64,000 nt of DNA from Eledone cirrhosa (Eukaryota). Of the stretch, positions 14,954 through 27,675 are shown in pieces. The stretch covers positions 4,092,001-4,156,000 of the forward strand of contig OZ024741.1 in assembly GCA_964016885.1 (NCBI GenBank). Reading direction: 5' to 3'. Each line of letters opens with the position of its first letter. Position 1 is the first letter of the stretch. The position numbers and the translations under genes were made by a program. The notes below the pieces were generated by a model. It did not search any database. It saw only the letters and a list, made by a program, of their open reading frames with translations, and had not been told where the DNA came from.

Positions 14954-15098
14954 TATATATATATATATATATATAGATATATATATATATATATATATAT
15001 ATAGATATATATATATATATAGATATATAGATATATATATATATATATATATATAGATATATAGAGAGATATATATATATATATATATAGATATATAG

Positions 15099-15135
<37 letters not shown>

Positions 15136-15150
15136 TATATATATATATAT

Positions 15151-15189
<39 letters not shown>

Positions 15190-15452
15190 TAGATATATAT
15201 ATATATATATAGATATATAGATATATATATATAGATATAGATATATATATATATATATATATAGATATATATATAGATATATAGATATATATATATATAT
15301 ATATATAGATATATAGATATATATATATATATATAGATATATATATAGATATATATATATATATATAGATATATATATAGATATATAGATATATATATAG
15401 ATATATAGATATAGATATATATATATATATATATATATAGATATATAGATAT

Positions 15453-15487
<35 letters not shown>

Positions 15488-15524
15488 TATATATATATAG
15501 ATATATATATAGATATATATATAT

Positions 15525-15559
<35 letters not shown>

Positions 15560-15576
15560 TATATATATATATATAT

Positions 15577-15635
15577 TAGAGAATTAGCCGTTGAAACGGC
15601 TTGAGCTCAGCTGTCGGGGTCTTACTGGTTCCTAT
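15577..15635 (+). repeat. Solo copy of the 55-nt hammerhead 3'-half module
   Basis: Matches 8872-8926 with one substitution and is embedded in (TA)n. Confidence 0.75.
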
Positions 15636-15712
15636 ATAGATATATATATATATATATATATAGATATATATATATAGATATATATATATATAGATATATA
15701 GATATAGATATA

Positions 15713-15762
<50 letters not shown>

Positions 15763-15821
15763 TATATAGATATATATATATACAATATTAAATAAATGGA
15801 AAACTATATTTATAAAACCAT

Positions 15822-15894
15822 ATTTATTTCATTATATATATTTCGGGGATATCATATTAACAATATGCTATGCCTTCATCAGACAAAATACAAT
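15822..15894 (-). ncRNA. Minimal type I hammerhead ribozyme (same family as 8172-8244)
   Basis: Minus strand AUUUUGU-CUGAUGA-AGG..CAUAUU(GUU)AAUAUG..CCC-C-GAAA-UAUAUA-UA-AUGAAAU. Confidence 0.72.
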
Positions 15895-17334
15895 ATAAAC
15901 AGTTTTATAGATAAATATATTCGACATACCATAATAAACATCGACTTCATTTGAAGAGGTTTACGCTAGCAGTGAAAATACAGAGAGAAAGAAAGAGAGA
16001 AAAAAAGAGGGAAAAAAAGAAAGAAAGACAAAACGAAGAAAAGGAAGAAAAAGAAGAAAAAGAAAAAGAAGAAATGCATGGAACAAAATAGAGAGATGGA
16101 AAAATAGATAAAGCGAAGAGCTTCATGTAAAGAGACAGAAAGAGATATATATATATAGAGAGAGGAAATAGAGATAGATACATATATATATATAGAAAAT
16201 TAGGTAGTGGGAGGTCATTTTGAGTAAGTGTATCAATGATACATTTATTTATTTATTTATTTATTTATCTATTTATTTAGCTCAAGTATTAATGTAAGGG
16301 AGATATATAGAGAGATATAGAGAGATATAGAGAGAGAGAAAAAATTTAAAAATAGCCAGACATATTCGAGGCGTAGAAAACCCTATGTTTTAATGTATTA
16401 GTATTTATAAAACTTACACTATATTGTAAATATCAGTATTCCTGAATGAAACAAGTATTCACAATGTGTGAAAATTCATTATCTTATGTTTAGTTTTAAA
16501 AATTCATATGTTTATGTGACAGCTACAAATATCAATGTGAATCCAACTGATTCACTCTGCAAACTCTAAGTTACCGGAAAACATTCTCAATGTGGTATAA
16601 AAATTTGAGCGTATTATTATTCTTGCGATTACTCTACAAGATTATCTATCAAGCAGAAATAGAGAGCAGATTTCAATATACTAATCAAAAATATATATTA
16701 TATTATAAACAAAACTAAAAATAAAAAGATAACAATAATAATAATAATAAGTAAAAATATAGAATAGAAAACTAAAAAATATTACGAAAGAATATTACAT
16801 AATAAAAATATTGCATATTAAAAATACTACGTATTAAAAAATATTACGTATTAAAAATTTACATATTAAAGATAATTAAAAATATTAAAAATAAAATAAA
16901 AAATAAAAAATATTATAGAATACTACAATACTAAAAGAATAAAAATAAAAATAAAAATAAAAATAAAAATAAACCACAAAGAACCCTTCAAAATTAATTG
17001 ACAATATATTGCCAAGTTCATTACAAGACAAAGCCAAAAATTATCTATCAAATCACATCTAGCAAAGAACATCTCAAAAAGATTATGATGTCCAATTATG
17101 TCTACATATGTTCCTATATTTAATATAGAAGTTTATCTAGTGTAAGGTTAATTCAAAAAATTTGGAGCATCGGCTTTTAGGGTAGCTTAATTTTTCATGA
17201 GGAATGTTTAGATAAAAATAAAAATAAATAAAATAAAATAAACAATAAAAAGAGTAAAAAGAGGGAATCAAAGATTTAGGAATCAAAAAATTTATCGGCT
17301 AGTTCTCATATAAATATAAATCAAACTAAATATA

Positions 17335-18295
17335 CTACATTTTAGATTTAAATTTATATTTAAACGTTGAGTTTAATCTATGTTTGCAACAACTGAATAA
17401 ATTTGTCCGTAGGTTAAGGGAATTTTTAGATTTTAGTATAAAGAATATCTCCTCTGCGCAGAGGTCACATGTCTCAGAGGATGAATTAAAAGGAATCCCT
17501 CTTGAGACTATATTCCAAGCCGTTGAATATCTAACGTTATCTAGCTTAAGTTGCCAGAGTACGCCTGATAGTGCCGTTGAAGATTTTTTATTTGGATCTG
17601 TGAAAGAATTCTTGTGGTTATTATAGCGAAGTTTAAATTCCGTCGATGTGGAACCGACGTAGTTAAAAGAATTAGAGTCAGTATTAACATTACAATTGTA
17701 TACTATATTTTTAACTAAGCAGTTGTTATTTAACGAACATTTAGATCTATCTCTACAGTTACATTTGTTAACTTGTATATTATTTATGCTATTATCAGTA
17801 GGTTTTAAGTTCCTATTATTTATTCTATTAATATTTTGTGCTAAATTTTTGGTGGATGAGTAGGTTAATTTAATTGTATGCCTATTGAAGATTGAGTGAT
17901 ACCTATGTGTTCTAGGGAAGCGATTATCAAGAGCTTTGAAAAATAATTTAGCGATGTGGGTTTTAATGTTTAGTGAGAAAGGGGGGGGGGGCAAACCAAA
18001 TTATGTTCCTAGTTCTATTTCTTTTTTGTCCTTTGGAATTATTGTAATGCTTTCTATTATAGTTGTTAATGTTGTTGCCGTAATTAAAAAAGTTGTTACT
18101 TTGTTTAGTTTGTCTATCATTATCTATGTACACAATCTTATCAGCATACCCTGCCCTAGCTAGTGCATCATTATAGTACTGGGCCTTTTCGTCAAAAAAC
18201 TTTCTATTCGACGAGATCCTAGAGATACGTTTTTGGACTGAGTTTACTATAGTGTTTTTGACAGATCTGGGGTGGTTAGAGTTAAAGTTGATATA
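17335..18295 (-). pseudogene. Penelope RT C-terminus plus GIY-YIG endonuclease, frameshift at the G-run ~17981-17991
   Basis: CNCR..CSL...CL..NIVYNC..YVGST..FKLRYNNH..STALS..W..CDLC..E....LN.R. Confidence 0.88.
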
Positions 18296-18303
18296 TATAT
18301 ATA

Positions 18304-18357
<54 letters not shown>

Positions 18358-18740
18358 TATAGATATATATATAGATATATAGAGATATATAGATATATAT
18401 AGATATATATATATATATAGATATATATATATATATATAGATATATATATATATAGATATATAGATATATATATAGATATATATATAGATATATAGATAT
18501 ATATATAGATATATATATAGATATATATATAGATATAGATATATATATATAGATATAGATATATATATATAGATATAGATATATATAGATATATATATAT
18601 ATATAGAGATATATATATATATAGAGATATATATATATATATATAGAGATATATATATATATATATATATAGATATAGATATATATAGAGATATATATAT
18701 ATATAGAGATATATATATATATAGAGATATATATATATAT

Positions 18741-18823
<83 letters not shown>

Positions 18824-19333
18824 TATCGTATATATATAGATATATATATATAGAGAGAGATATATATATATATAGAGAGATACTCTCTAGCGAGAGCAGC
18901 TCTCTCTACGAGCGTCTTCTCTCACGAGCCAGCGCGCTCTCTCTCTAGAGAGATCTATATATATAGAGAGATATATCATACTCACGACTCACTCACACTC
19001 ACACGCGCGCGCGCGCTCCCGCGCTCTCGCGAGAGAGAGATCAATAGGGCAAAAGTTACAAGCCCCCGACGTCCGCGCTCGAGCCGTTTCGACGGCTATT
19101 TCTTCTATATAGAGAGATTTTGCTCAAGGTGTTGGCTCCGTTGTTCACCCCTTCCTTTATATTTTCTTTATCTAAGCATTTGTAATGTTATTTATATATT
19201 TAAAACATATTTGTTAAGTTATTCTACTGTCAAGTTATTTATATGCTGTTTATATTTTCATTCTGAAAGAATAGCAAACGATTTGTAATGTATTTATGAA
19301 ATAAAGTTATCTAGTTCTCTCTTATAGATAGAT

Positions 19334-19903
19334 ATGTTTCTATTTATTGCCATGAGGGCGCAAAAGAAGGGGACAAATACAGGGGGGGGGGGGGGGGGGT
19401 ACACAAAAGAACGAGTAAAAAAAAACAATAACAAATATAAAATTAACAATAAAGTCCTCAATAGGGAGGAGGCGTTTTGGGGGTCGCACACACCACCGAA
19501 AAAGTGTGCAACCCTTCTCCTCAGGAGCACAGAGAGAGGGTGCTTCCTTGTTCTTCCATCTTTTTCACCTACAGGCTGATATAGAGAGAAGGCCCATTCA
19601 CACGGCCCATTCTCGCCACTTTCACCCACCTTTCATAAAACTGGCTGGGGTGGAGCACCTCCCTCTCCATCCTGATCCTTCTTCCGAAATGATATCAGAA
19701 GAAAAGGACCAGTTGTTGGCCAGAGAGAAAGGTGTCTGACCTCAGTCCTTTCAGACGCGTCCACCATACAACCTCTTTCACCATGGCTATTACGCACAGA
19801 AACACCGCCTCTCCATTTTTGAAGGGGGGAGGCGGCTTGATCGTTATAATGGACTTTGTGGTCAACCGGATCGGTCCCACCAAGGCAGTAGTCGTTCGAC
19901 AGC
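19334..19903 (-). mobile_element. Tx1-clade LINE 3' fragment (subfamily A-like) with 18-bp TSD
   Basis: ORF2 C-terminus KEVVWWTR plus 3' UTR. TCTCTCTTATAGATAGAT occurs at both 19316-19333 and 19914-19931. Confidence 0.88.
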
Positions 19904-19931
19904 TACACATATATCTCTCTTATAGATAGAT

Positions 19932-20539
19932 GTTTCTTTATTAGCCACAGGGGCACAAAAGAAGGGGACAAATACAAAGGGGGAAGTTTACATACAATAA
20001 AAACGTGTAAAATATTATCACAAATGCAATTTAAAAATTAGTCGATTTTCCCCAATAGGGGGAGACGGGTAACACATACCCCCGAAAAAATGTGCAACCC
20101 TCATCTCCAGGAGTACGAAGAGTTTGTACCCCTTTCCTCTCCTCCTCTTTTTCCTCAACCTACAGGCTGATATAGAGAGAAGGCCCATTCACTCGGGCCA
20201 TTCTCGCCACTTTCACCCACCTTTTATAAAACTTGCTGGGGTACAGCACCTCTCTCTCCATCCCGATTCTTCTTCCAAAGTGGTATTTGAAAAAAAGAAT
20301 CAGTTGTTGGCCGGAGAGAAAGGTGTCTGACCTCAGCCCTTTCAACCTTGTCCACCATACAACCTCTTTCGCCATAGCTATCACACAAAGGAAAACCGCC
20401 TCTCCTTCGTTTTTGAAGGAGGGTGGCGGTTTGATCATGACAATGGACTCGATTGTCAACCGGATTGGTCCCACCCGCGACAATAGTCGTTCTACATAGC
20501 CCCACAGGTCGGTGACGCCCGGGCAGTGTATGAATGCGT
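19932..20539 (-). mobile_element. Tx1-clade LINE 3' fragment (subfamily B)
   Basis: ORF2 C-terminus 20160-20483, with GATAGAT on both sides. Confidence 0.88.
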
Positions 20540-20595
20540 AAAGATAGATGTGTAGCTAGGTAGATAGATCAAGATGTTACCAGTTATATATATAA

Positions 20596-20700
20596 GAGAG
20601 TTTGGAATTTGCTGTCGAAACGGCAACAGCTCAGCCGTCGGGCTCCGACTCTAATGTACTTACACTCTACTGTCCTAAGTATCGACTACTCTGCTAAATA
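20596..20700 (+). repeat. Diverged relative of the hammerhead 3'-half module
   Basis: GAAACGGC-aacagctca-GCCGTC^GGG followed by CACTCTACT..AAGTAT as in 8872-8960. Flanked by TATA. Confidence 0.55.
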
Positions 20701-20856
20701 TATATATGTATATTTTCATAAGATCCCGTTAAGAGTGAAAGCAATGATTCTTTGCTTAAACTTTAATATGTACATAGAATAAATATTTGCTCTCTCTCTC
20801 TTTATATATATATATTGTAGTGCACCTGAGCACTGTTAACAATAATCTTGATTATT

Positions 20857-21045
20857 TGGCAGTATCGGTAGAAGGTCAGACGCCATGTTTTGCAGCACAG
20901 AGATACGGCCCTTTACAGTCTGAGTTCAATTCCTGCCGAGGTTAACTTTACCTTTCATCCTTACGTAGTCGATAAAATAAAGTACCAGTAATGTACTGAG
21001 ATAATTGCTGGCCTTGTGCCAAATGTAGAAACAATTATTATTAAT
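20857..21045 (+). mobile_element. tRNA-derived SINE (Meta-type central domain)
   Basis: A-box-like TGGCAGTATCGGT, B-box GAGTTCAATTCC, CCTTTCATCCTT..GTCGATAAAATAAAGTACC core and (ATT)n tail. Core fragments also at ~21046-21100 and ~21650-21710. Confidence 0.75.
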
Positions 21046-21173
21046 ATTTATCCTTACGGTGTCGATAAATAAAGTACCAGTAATGTACTGGTGCCGATTT
21101 AATCAATATTTTTATTGAGTAAATATTTAACACAGAATTACAGACACAGAGAGGGGGTGGAGAGAGATGTATG

Positions 21174-21216
<43 letters not shown>

Positions 21217-22003
21217 ATATGAGAGAGAGAGACATGCATATAGGTAGTAAATGCATGTCTCTATTTAATAAATAAATAAATCACACAACATGGTGACACA
21301 AAAACAACCTTAGAAATAGTTGTGTTGCTGAGATATGGTAACCTTTTTAATCTATGAACTTCTTACCTTTCTCATACATCGTAATCCTAAGACGAGAGCC
21401 ATTTATGACACTCGGAACCTCTTTAAAGTACTTCTAGTTGTTGTTATTGCTGCTGCCGTACAAGTCTGCTCTATCTTACAAATATGTTCTTTAGTCTGTT
21501 ATTGTAACGATGATATTAATCGTTTATTTATTCCTTCACCGAAATAATAACACACCGACAGCGCCATCTCTTGGCATACTAAAACTATGGAACATCAAAA
21601 GTGTTATAATATTTCACTGAAAGTACATTTGGGGTTCGGTTTTGCAAACATTGCCTTTCATCCTTTCCAAGTCGATAAACAGAGTATCATTCAAGTACTG
21701 AGGTCGATTCTTCCTCTATACCTCTCAGTTCCTCTCTCTCACTCTTCTCTGGAAGAAATCTGCTGTATTCAGACTTGGGGAGGATTTGGCTCTGTCATGG
21801 TTTTAAAAATGCCCTAGAAATGCTGTATATCAATACTGTGTCCCTACGACTGCTTCAGGAGTTACACGACCATGTATACAACTGCAAACTCCCCATAAAT
21901 AGTATATAGATATCTTCCTTCTCGTGTTTTTAGTTTTTGTCATTTACACCTGAATTGGGTAACCAACTTTCTCAACAGAGCGTATTTTTCTTTTGTTTAG
22001 TTA

Positions 22004-22176
22004 AATAATAATAATAATTGTTTCTACTTTAGGCACAAGGCCAGCAATTACCCAGTGCATTACTGGTACTTTATTTTATCGACCCCGTAAGGATGAAAGG
22101 CAAAGTCAACCTCGGCGGGATTTGAACTCAGATCGTAAAGGGACGTAACTATGCTGGAAAGCATGGCGTCCGACCC
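22004..22176 (-). mobile_element. tRNA-derived SINE, same family, 5'-truncated
   Basis: Reverse complement resembles 20880-21045 (B-box GAGTTCAAATCC, Meta-like core, (ATT)n tail). Confidence 0.75.
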
Positions 22177-24660
22177 TAATGCAATTATTGTGTACAGTGC
22201 TCAGGTCCACTGCAACTCATCAACGGTTGTATAGTACAAAGGAAAATGATATACATGTGTGCGTGTGTATGGAGGTGTAGTGTTGGCGAATCTCAGGAAA
22301 CATGGCGGTTTTAAAGGATGCAGTGTCTCAACAGCTAATAACTGATGCAGGTATTTTGTTCCATGGAGGTTTTAAAGGATGCAGTGACTTGACAGCTAAC
22401 AACTGATGCAGGTAGTTTGTTCCATGCTTCAGCAACTCTGAGCGTGAAAAAATGTTTCCGAAAGTCATGGGAACTGTGCTGTTTTCTGACTTTGTGGGCA
22501 TGCCCACGTGTGTTAGATGCATGGAATTCAAAAAGGTGCTCAGGGTTGTTGTTGGCAAGATGGTTAATAATTTTGTGGATGTTTACCAAGTCAGTTGCCA
22601 GACGTCGGAGCTTCAATGTATCCATGCCCAGAGAAGCAAGGTGTTCAGAGTATGGTAGATGCCTGGGAGGGTATTCGCTTGGTTGCATGTCTCTGAACAG
22701 TTTCCAGGCAGTCAATGTTCTGAGCAAGATAGGGGTTCCAGACTGGTGATGCAAATTCTAAGTGTGGCCGCACCATAGCTATAGACAACTTTAAATAGAT
22801 AGCTAGAGAGTGGCTGACAAAGGTCTTGCTGAGTGATGCTAAGACACCCTCGGCCTTCTTGACAATTTTAGAGATGTGCTTCGTCCTACGCAAATTGATA
22901 TTAGTGTTGTGGAGGGGAGTATGTGGACGTTGGGTTTTTCCTCCCAAAATGCATTATGGTACACTTGTCCACAGCCAGCTTGAGTTGCCAGTCCGTGATC
23001 CATTGTTGCATTGTCTCCAGGTCTGATTGCAGCAAAGATCTATAGCATTCAGGATCGGTCCTTTTTATCTCAAGGTATAGCTTGATGTCATCTGCATATT
23101 TCAGTACTGTAGCATTCTTTAAGTTGGCATCTATGTCATTAATATATGCCACAAACAAAAGGGGACCAAGAACAGATCCCTGTGGTACACCAGATGACAT
23201 CTCATATGGTGAAGAATGCTGTCCTAGAACCGTGACTACCTCTCTTCGACTCCAACCAGTTAAAAAGATTATCTTTCACACCCATTGCAGAGAGTTTTGC
23301 TATAAGTCTTTTGTGTGGCACAGAATTAAAAGCTTTAGCAAAGTCAAGGTAAACAACATCCACCCATGAGTCGCCATTAGTGATCCGAGTGATGTCTTCA
23401 AGAAATTCTATCTGTTGATCATAGCAGCTGGAGTTAGGGATAAATCCAAATTGCAAGGGCCAGATAAGACTGTGAGAATTCCAGAAGTTCTAGAGTGTTT
23501 CTCTGACACAGGATTCCATCAGTTTGGCAATGCAGCTAGTGAGACTGACTGGACGATAGTTCACAAGTGATGTGCAGTCGCCCTTTTTGAACAGAGGAAT
23601 GACACTGGCAGTTTTCCACTGTTCTGGAGTAGCACCATTGTTCAGACAGAATTGAAAGAAGCGTGAAAGCTGGTGCAGGAGGAAGTACCCACCACGTTTG
23701 AGAAGCAGGTACGTAACACTATCAAGACCAGGAGAAGCATAGTTGCGTTTATTCTTAAGGTGTCGTTGCAGCATTGCAGGTGTAAATTCCATAGTTGTTA
23801 TAGAATCCGATGTCAGAGGTGGTGGTGGTGGTGGTGGTGGTGGTGGTGGTGGTGGTACGTTTTGGTTTTCAACAGTGAAAATACCTGCATAGCATTCAGC
23901 AATGAGTTCTACGCATTCCTTGGGATCATCAGTAACCTGGCTTGTGTGGGTATTGCAAGGAGGACCAACTGGAGAGTGAGGTCTCTACTTTGAGCACACA
24001 TATTTCCAGAACACCTTACTGTCAGGGCTGGTTGCTATGCGCTATTCAAATTCAAGCACTGCCTTTGTTGTCACCTGCTTGAGATGGTTGGATGATTTAT
24101 TTCGCTTTTTTCTATTGATATATGATTTATGCAGTTTCTATTCCCGTTCAGCATTGCGACATTCTTTCCTGGCAAGACGGACTGCTGCAGTCTCCCAAAT
24201 TGCACTTTTGGAATGTTTTTTCTGCTTACGTGGCACTGATGCTGCACATGCTGTCCATATTGAGTTCAGGATGTTCTGAAGTATAGTGTTCACATCTCCA
24301 GAGTTGTAAAATTCAAGTCAGTTTGGATGTTGCAACTCGGTGCAGTAAGAGTTCCAGTCTGCTTTATTCCAGTCAAAGTGAGCAGTTTGGAGATGGTTGC
24401 GGTTTTTGTTACTGCCCATAAGAGTCAGATTGGCAATGGTCATAGCATGATCAGTGTCACCTAAATGTTCCTCAGTAGTAACACTAATAACTGTTTCAAG
24501 AATAGTGGTAAAGTGTTGTCACCTCTTGTTGGGGAGGTGACTACTTGGGACCAGTTCGAGTCCAGCACTAGCTCAAGGAAGTCATTTGCACTTGGTGGCC
24601 AGCGAAAGGTTTCCCAGTCAATAAAAAGGAAATTATTTGCACTTGTTGTTGTTTGTATCA
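22177..24660 (-). pseudogene. Decayed CR1-clade LINE ORF2 (endonuclease remnant, RT) plus 3' UTR
   Basis: Fragments NYRPVSLTS, QFGF, YLDFAKAFNSVPH, SGVPQGSVLGPLLF, YADDIKL, TRGH..K..RKHFFTLRV..WNKLP, with many stops and frameshifts. Confidence 0.88.
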
Positions 24661-25320
24661 TAGCTGTCAATCTCCTTGTCATATTGTCATGTGGAGAGAT
24701 CTCCCACCCACTTTAGGTTATAGTTTTCATTATGTAAAATCTCCCCATTCTGCCTCATTTCTTCCCATTTTGGGGCACCTTTTTTCATGTTATTTCCCGT
24801 TTAAGTTTTTAGAGGTTGGCAGGTCTGTTGTTTTTGTTTTGTCCACCCAAACAGTAATGGTCAGTTGTGTTTTATTTTGATGGCTGTTTTTATTTTTAAA
24901 TTTCACTGATATTATTGTGAACCATTGGTCTCAATATAACCATCTTTATACTTTTCATCACCATATTTCAAGTGAAATCCACTCTGTTTCAATGAATTAT
25001 TGAAGAATTCAGAGGAATTTATCAAAATTATTATTTCATTATTAAGATGGTATTTTGGGATGGTGTTTATTTTATTCGCAATTGTATAAATAACATTACA
25101 AATTGTTGACAATTGTTTCAGAATGGAAATATAAACACATAAATACAACTAACAACTGCTAGGAACCTCACAACTATATATACACCAAAATATATGACCA
25201 GAGCGAGAGAAAGAAAAAAAAAAAAGACCATCAATTGACCACCAAATGTGACAATAGGTCAGACATCACATCACAAGGCTCAGTGGAATATTTTGAGGTA
25301 AGTCTGACAGCATTACTGTG

Positions 25321-25510
25321 GGTGATGGCGAGGCTAAGGTGCTGAAACAACCAAGCACCCTCACCTGACACCTCGGTAAGGTGAGGTGATGGCGAGACTA
25401 AGGTGCTGAAACAACCAAGCACCCTCATCTGACACCTCAGTAAGGTGAGGTGATGGCGAGGCTAAGGTGCTGAAATAACCAAGCACCCTCACATACGTCA
25501 CCTGACACCT
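25321..25510. repeat. 64-bp minisatellite, ~3 copies
   Basis: GGTGATGGCGAG.CTAAGGTGCTGAAA starts at 25321, 25385 and 25449. Confidence 0.9.
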
Positions 25511-25747
25511 TAAATGGTATTTCTAACATAACTTAAGAAAATTTTCTTAAATCAAATTATGTCAGAAGATTATGATTTAAATTGGAACATTTTAAAATGG
25601 GTGGTTTTGTTTCACAGAAACAGGGCAGTTTTGGGTAGGTTTCTATGGACAGGGTAATGTTTATTCCTGTTTTTTTTCACACTATTCCTGATTGTTGAGG
25701 CTACCCCACGATCCCACATGGGAACGTACTCTGAAGAAGACATTATT

Positions 25748-26085
25748 TCACAACTGGCAGTATTGTCTCTTAGCAGTCACACACAACTGGCAGTATTGTC
25801 TCTTAGCAGTCACACACAACTGGCAGTATTGTCTCTTAGCAGTCACACACAACTGGCAGTATTGTCTCTTAGCAGTCACACACAACTGGCAGTATTGTCT
25901 CTTAGCAGTCACACACAACTGGCAGTATTGTCTCTTAGCAGTCACATACAACTGGCAGTATTGTCTCTTAGCAGTCACACACAACTGGCAGTATTGTCTC
26001 TTAGCAGTCACACACAACTGGCAGTATTGTCTCTTAGCAGTCACACACAACTGGCAGTATTGTCTCTTAGCAGTCACACACAACT
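25748..26085. repeat. 33-bp minisatellite, ~10 near-identical copies
   Basis: CACAACTGGCAGTATTGTCTCTTAGCAGTCACA in tandem with no spacers. Confidence 0.95.
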
Positions 26086-26452
26086 AACTTATATGGCTGT
26101 CTTCCAAGGATTTCAACTGTCCTAAGAAAGTGTTGTCTAGCTCTTGCTGGACATGTAATAACACTCAGTGAAGTTGCTGCCAGAGTTCTGTTATGGTCTC
26201 CAGATGTCACTCATAGATGTGCTCACCTGAACCTCACCCTTAACAAGACATGTGATCTCTCAATTCAGAGAAGTAGAAGCTCTACCTAGAGCGATTTAAC
26301 AATACCAATTTCATAAATATATTATTTTATTTTCCAATAATGTTATCCAAAATTAAAGCATAACAAAGAAAAGGCCAAAAATTGTAAACAAAAACTAATC
26401 TTCCTGTCATTTTGGGGAAATTCCAGAAACATTAATAAATTATTAGTATTTA

Positions 26453-26665
26453 TATGGATGTGCAACATAAATATGAGAGGAAAGCAGAGCTAGGATGAGT
26501 TGAGGGAGAAGCAGGGTTTAAGAGGAATCAAAGATGGTGTGCAGGAAAAAAGACTATATCAGTATGGACATGTGATGTACATGGACAATGACTGCTGGGT
26601 AAAGAAGTGCCAGGAAATGCCAGTGGAAGTAAGCCACGGTAGAAATAAACAAAGAAAGACAAGAC
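26453..26665 (+). pseudogene. Old RTE ORF C-terminal relic
   Basis: WMCNINMR..ELREK.GLRGI..VQEKRL..YGHVM..D.CWVKKC, similar to 11107-11300. Confidence 0.7.
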
Positions 26666-26711
26666 ATTGAAAAAATATATTAGTTTAATGCTTGAAATAA
26701 CAGGAAAAGAG

Positions 26712-26748
26712 TCTTAACATTTTTGACACAAGTCCTTCATCAGAAGAT
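26712..26748 (-). ncRNA. Degenerate minimal hammerhead relic
   Basis: CUGAUGA-AGGAC(UUGU)GUC-AAAA-AUGU-UA-AGA. The GAAA box is mutated, so it is likely inactive. Confidence 0.3.
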
Positions 26749-26927
26749 AGAGTTAAAAATAAAAGATGAAATAGAAAGATAAAGAGCAATAAGAGGAAGG
26801 AATGGGCAGGAAAATAAGAAAAAAACCACATGTGAAGGAATTATTTTATCGATGGTTTATATACCCTATCACTTTTAGTTATTGAGTTATTGTGAGAGAG
26901 AGATGAATAGATAGATATAGATAGATA

Positions 26928-27443
26928 TGTTTCTTTATTAGCCACAGGGGCACAAAAGAAGGGGACAAATACAAAGGGGGAAGTTTACATACAATAAAAA
27001 CATGTAAAATAATATCACAAATGCAATTTAAAAAATTAGTCGATTTTCCCCAATAGGGGGAGACAGTTCATATGGGTAACACATACCCCCGAAAAAATGT
27101 GCAACCCTCATCTCCAGGAGTACGAAGAGTTTGTACCCCTTTCCTCTCTTCCTCTTTTTCCTCACCCTACAGGCTGATATAGAGAGAAGGCCCATTCACT
27201 CGGGCCATTCTCGCCACTTTCACCCACCTTTTATAAAACTTGCTGGGGTACAGCACCTCTCTCTCCATCCTGATTCTTCTTCCAAAGTGGTATTTGAAAA
27301 AAAGAATCAGTTGTTGGCCGGAGAGAAAGGTGTCCACCATACAACCTCTTTCGCCATAGCTATCACACAAAGGAAAACCGCATCTCCTTCGTTTTTGAAG
27401 GAGGGTAGCGGTTTGATCATGACAATGGACTCGGTGGTCAACC
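26928..27443 (-). mobile_element. Tx1 3' fragment (subfamily B) with small internal deletion
   Basis: AGATAGATATAGATA flanks at 26909-26923 and 27444-27458. Confidence 0.88.
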
Positions 27444-27675
27444 AGATAGATATAGATATATTTCTTTATTTACCATAAAGGTATAAAAAGAAGGGACAAA
27501 TACAAAGGGGGCGTTTACATAAAACCGAGTAAAAAGGGTATAAAATGAAAATAATCAAAACCAACCTCAAAAGGGAGGGGACGTGATGGGGGTTGCACAC
27601 ACCCCCGAAAAAGTGTGCAATCCTTTGCCCGGGGAGCACATGGAGAAGGTGCTCCCCTCTCCTTCACTTCTTTAC

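Larger units (their letters stand above)
15781..18295 (-). mobile_element. 5'-truncated Penelope-like element (RT thumb, GIY-YIG, long AT-rich 3' UTR/pLTR)
   Basis: Minus strand [11 protein letters not shown]...YYNDAL...RNIIWF(fs)PPFS..GIY-YIG, with a hammerhead in the 3' UTR. Confidence 0.88.

Noticed and set aside
18880-19110. Odd CG/GA-rich tract after the microsatellite
   Set aside because: Looks like a low-quality consensus of (TA)n plus a corrupted copy of the 8811 module; probably sequencing error.
20857-20940. tRNA gene
   Set aside because: The A/B boxes belong to a SINE head; no complete cloverleaf, and it is followed by the SINE core and tail.
23818-23856. (TGG)n tract as poly-Trp coding or telomeric repeat
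   Set aside because: Simple microsatellite inside the decayed CR1; not TTAGGG.
25748-26085. 33-bp repeats as a CRISPR array
   Set aside because: Contiguous repeats without unique spacers, no cas genes, eukaryotic context.
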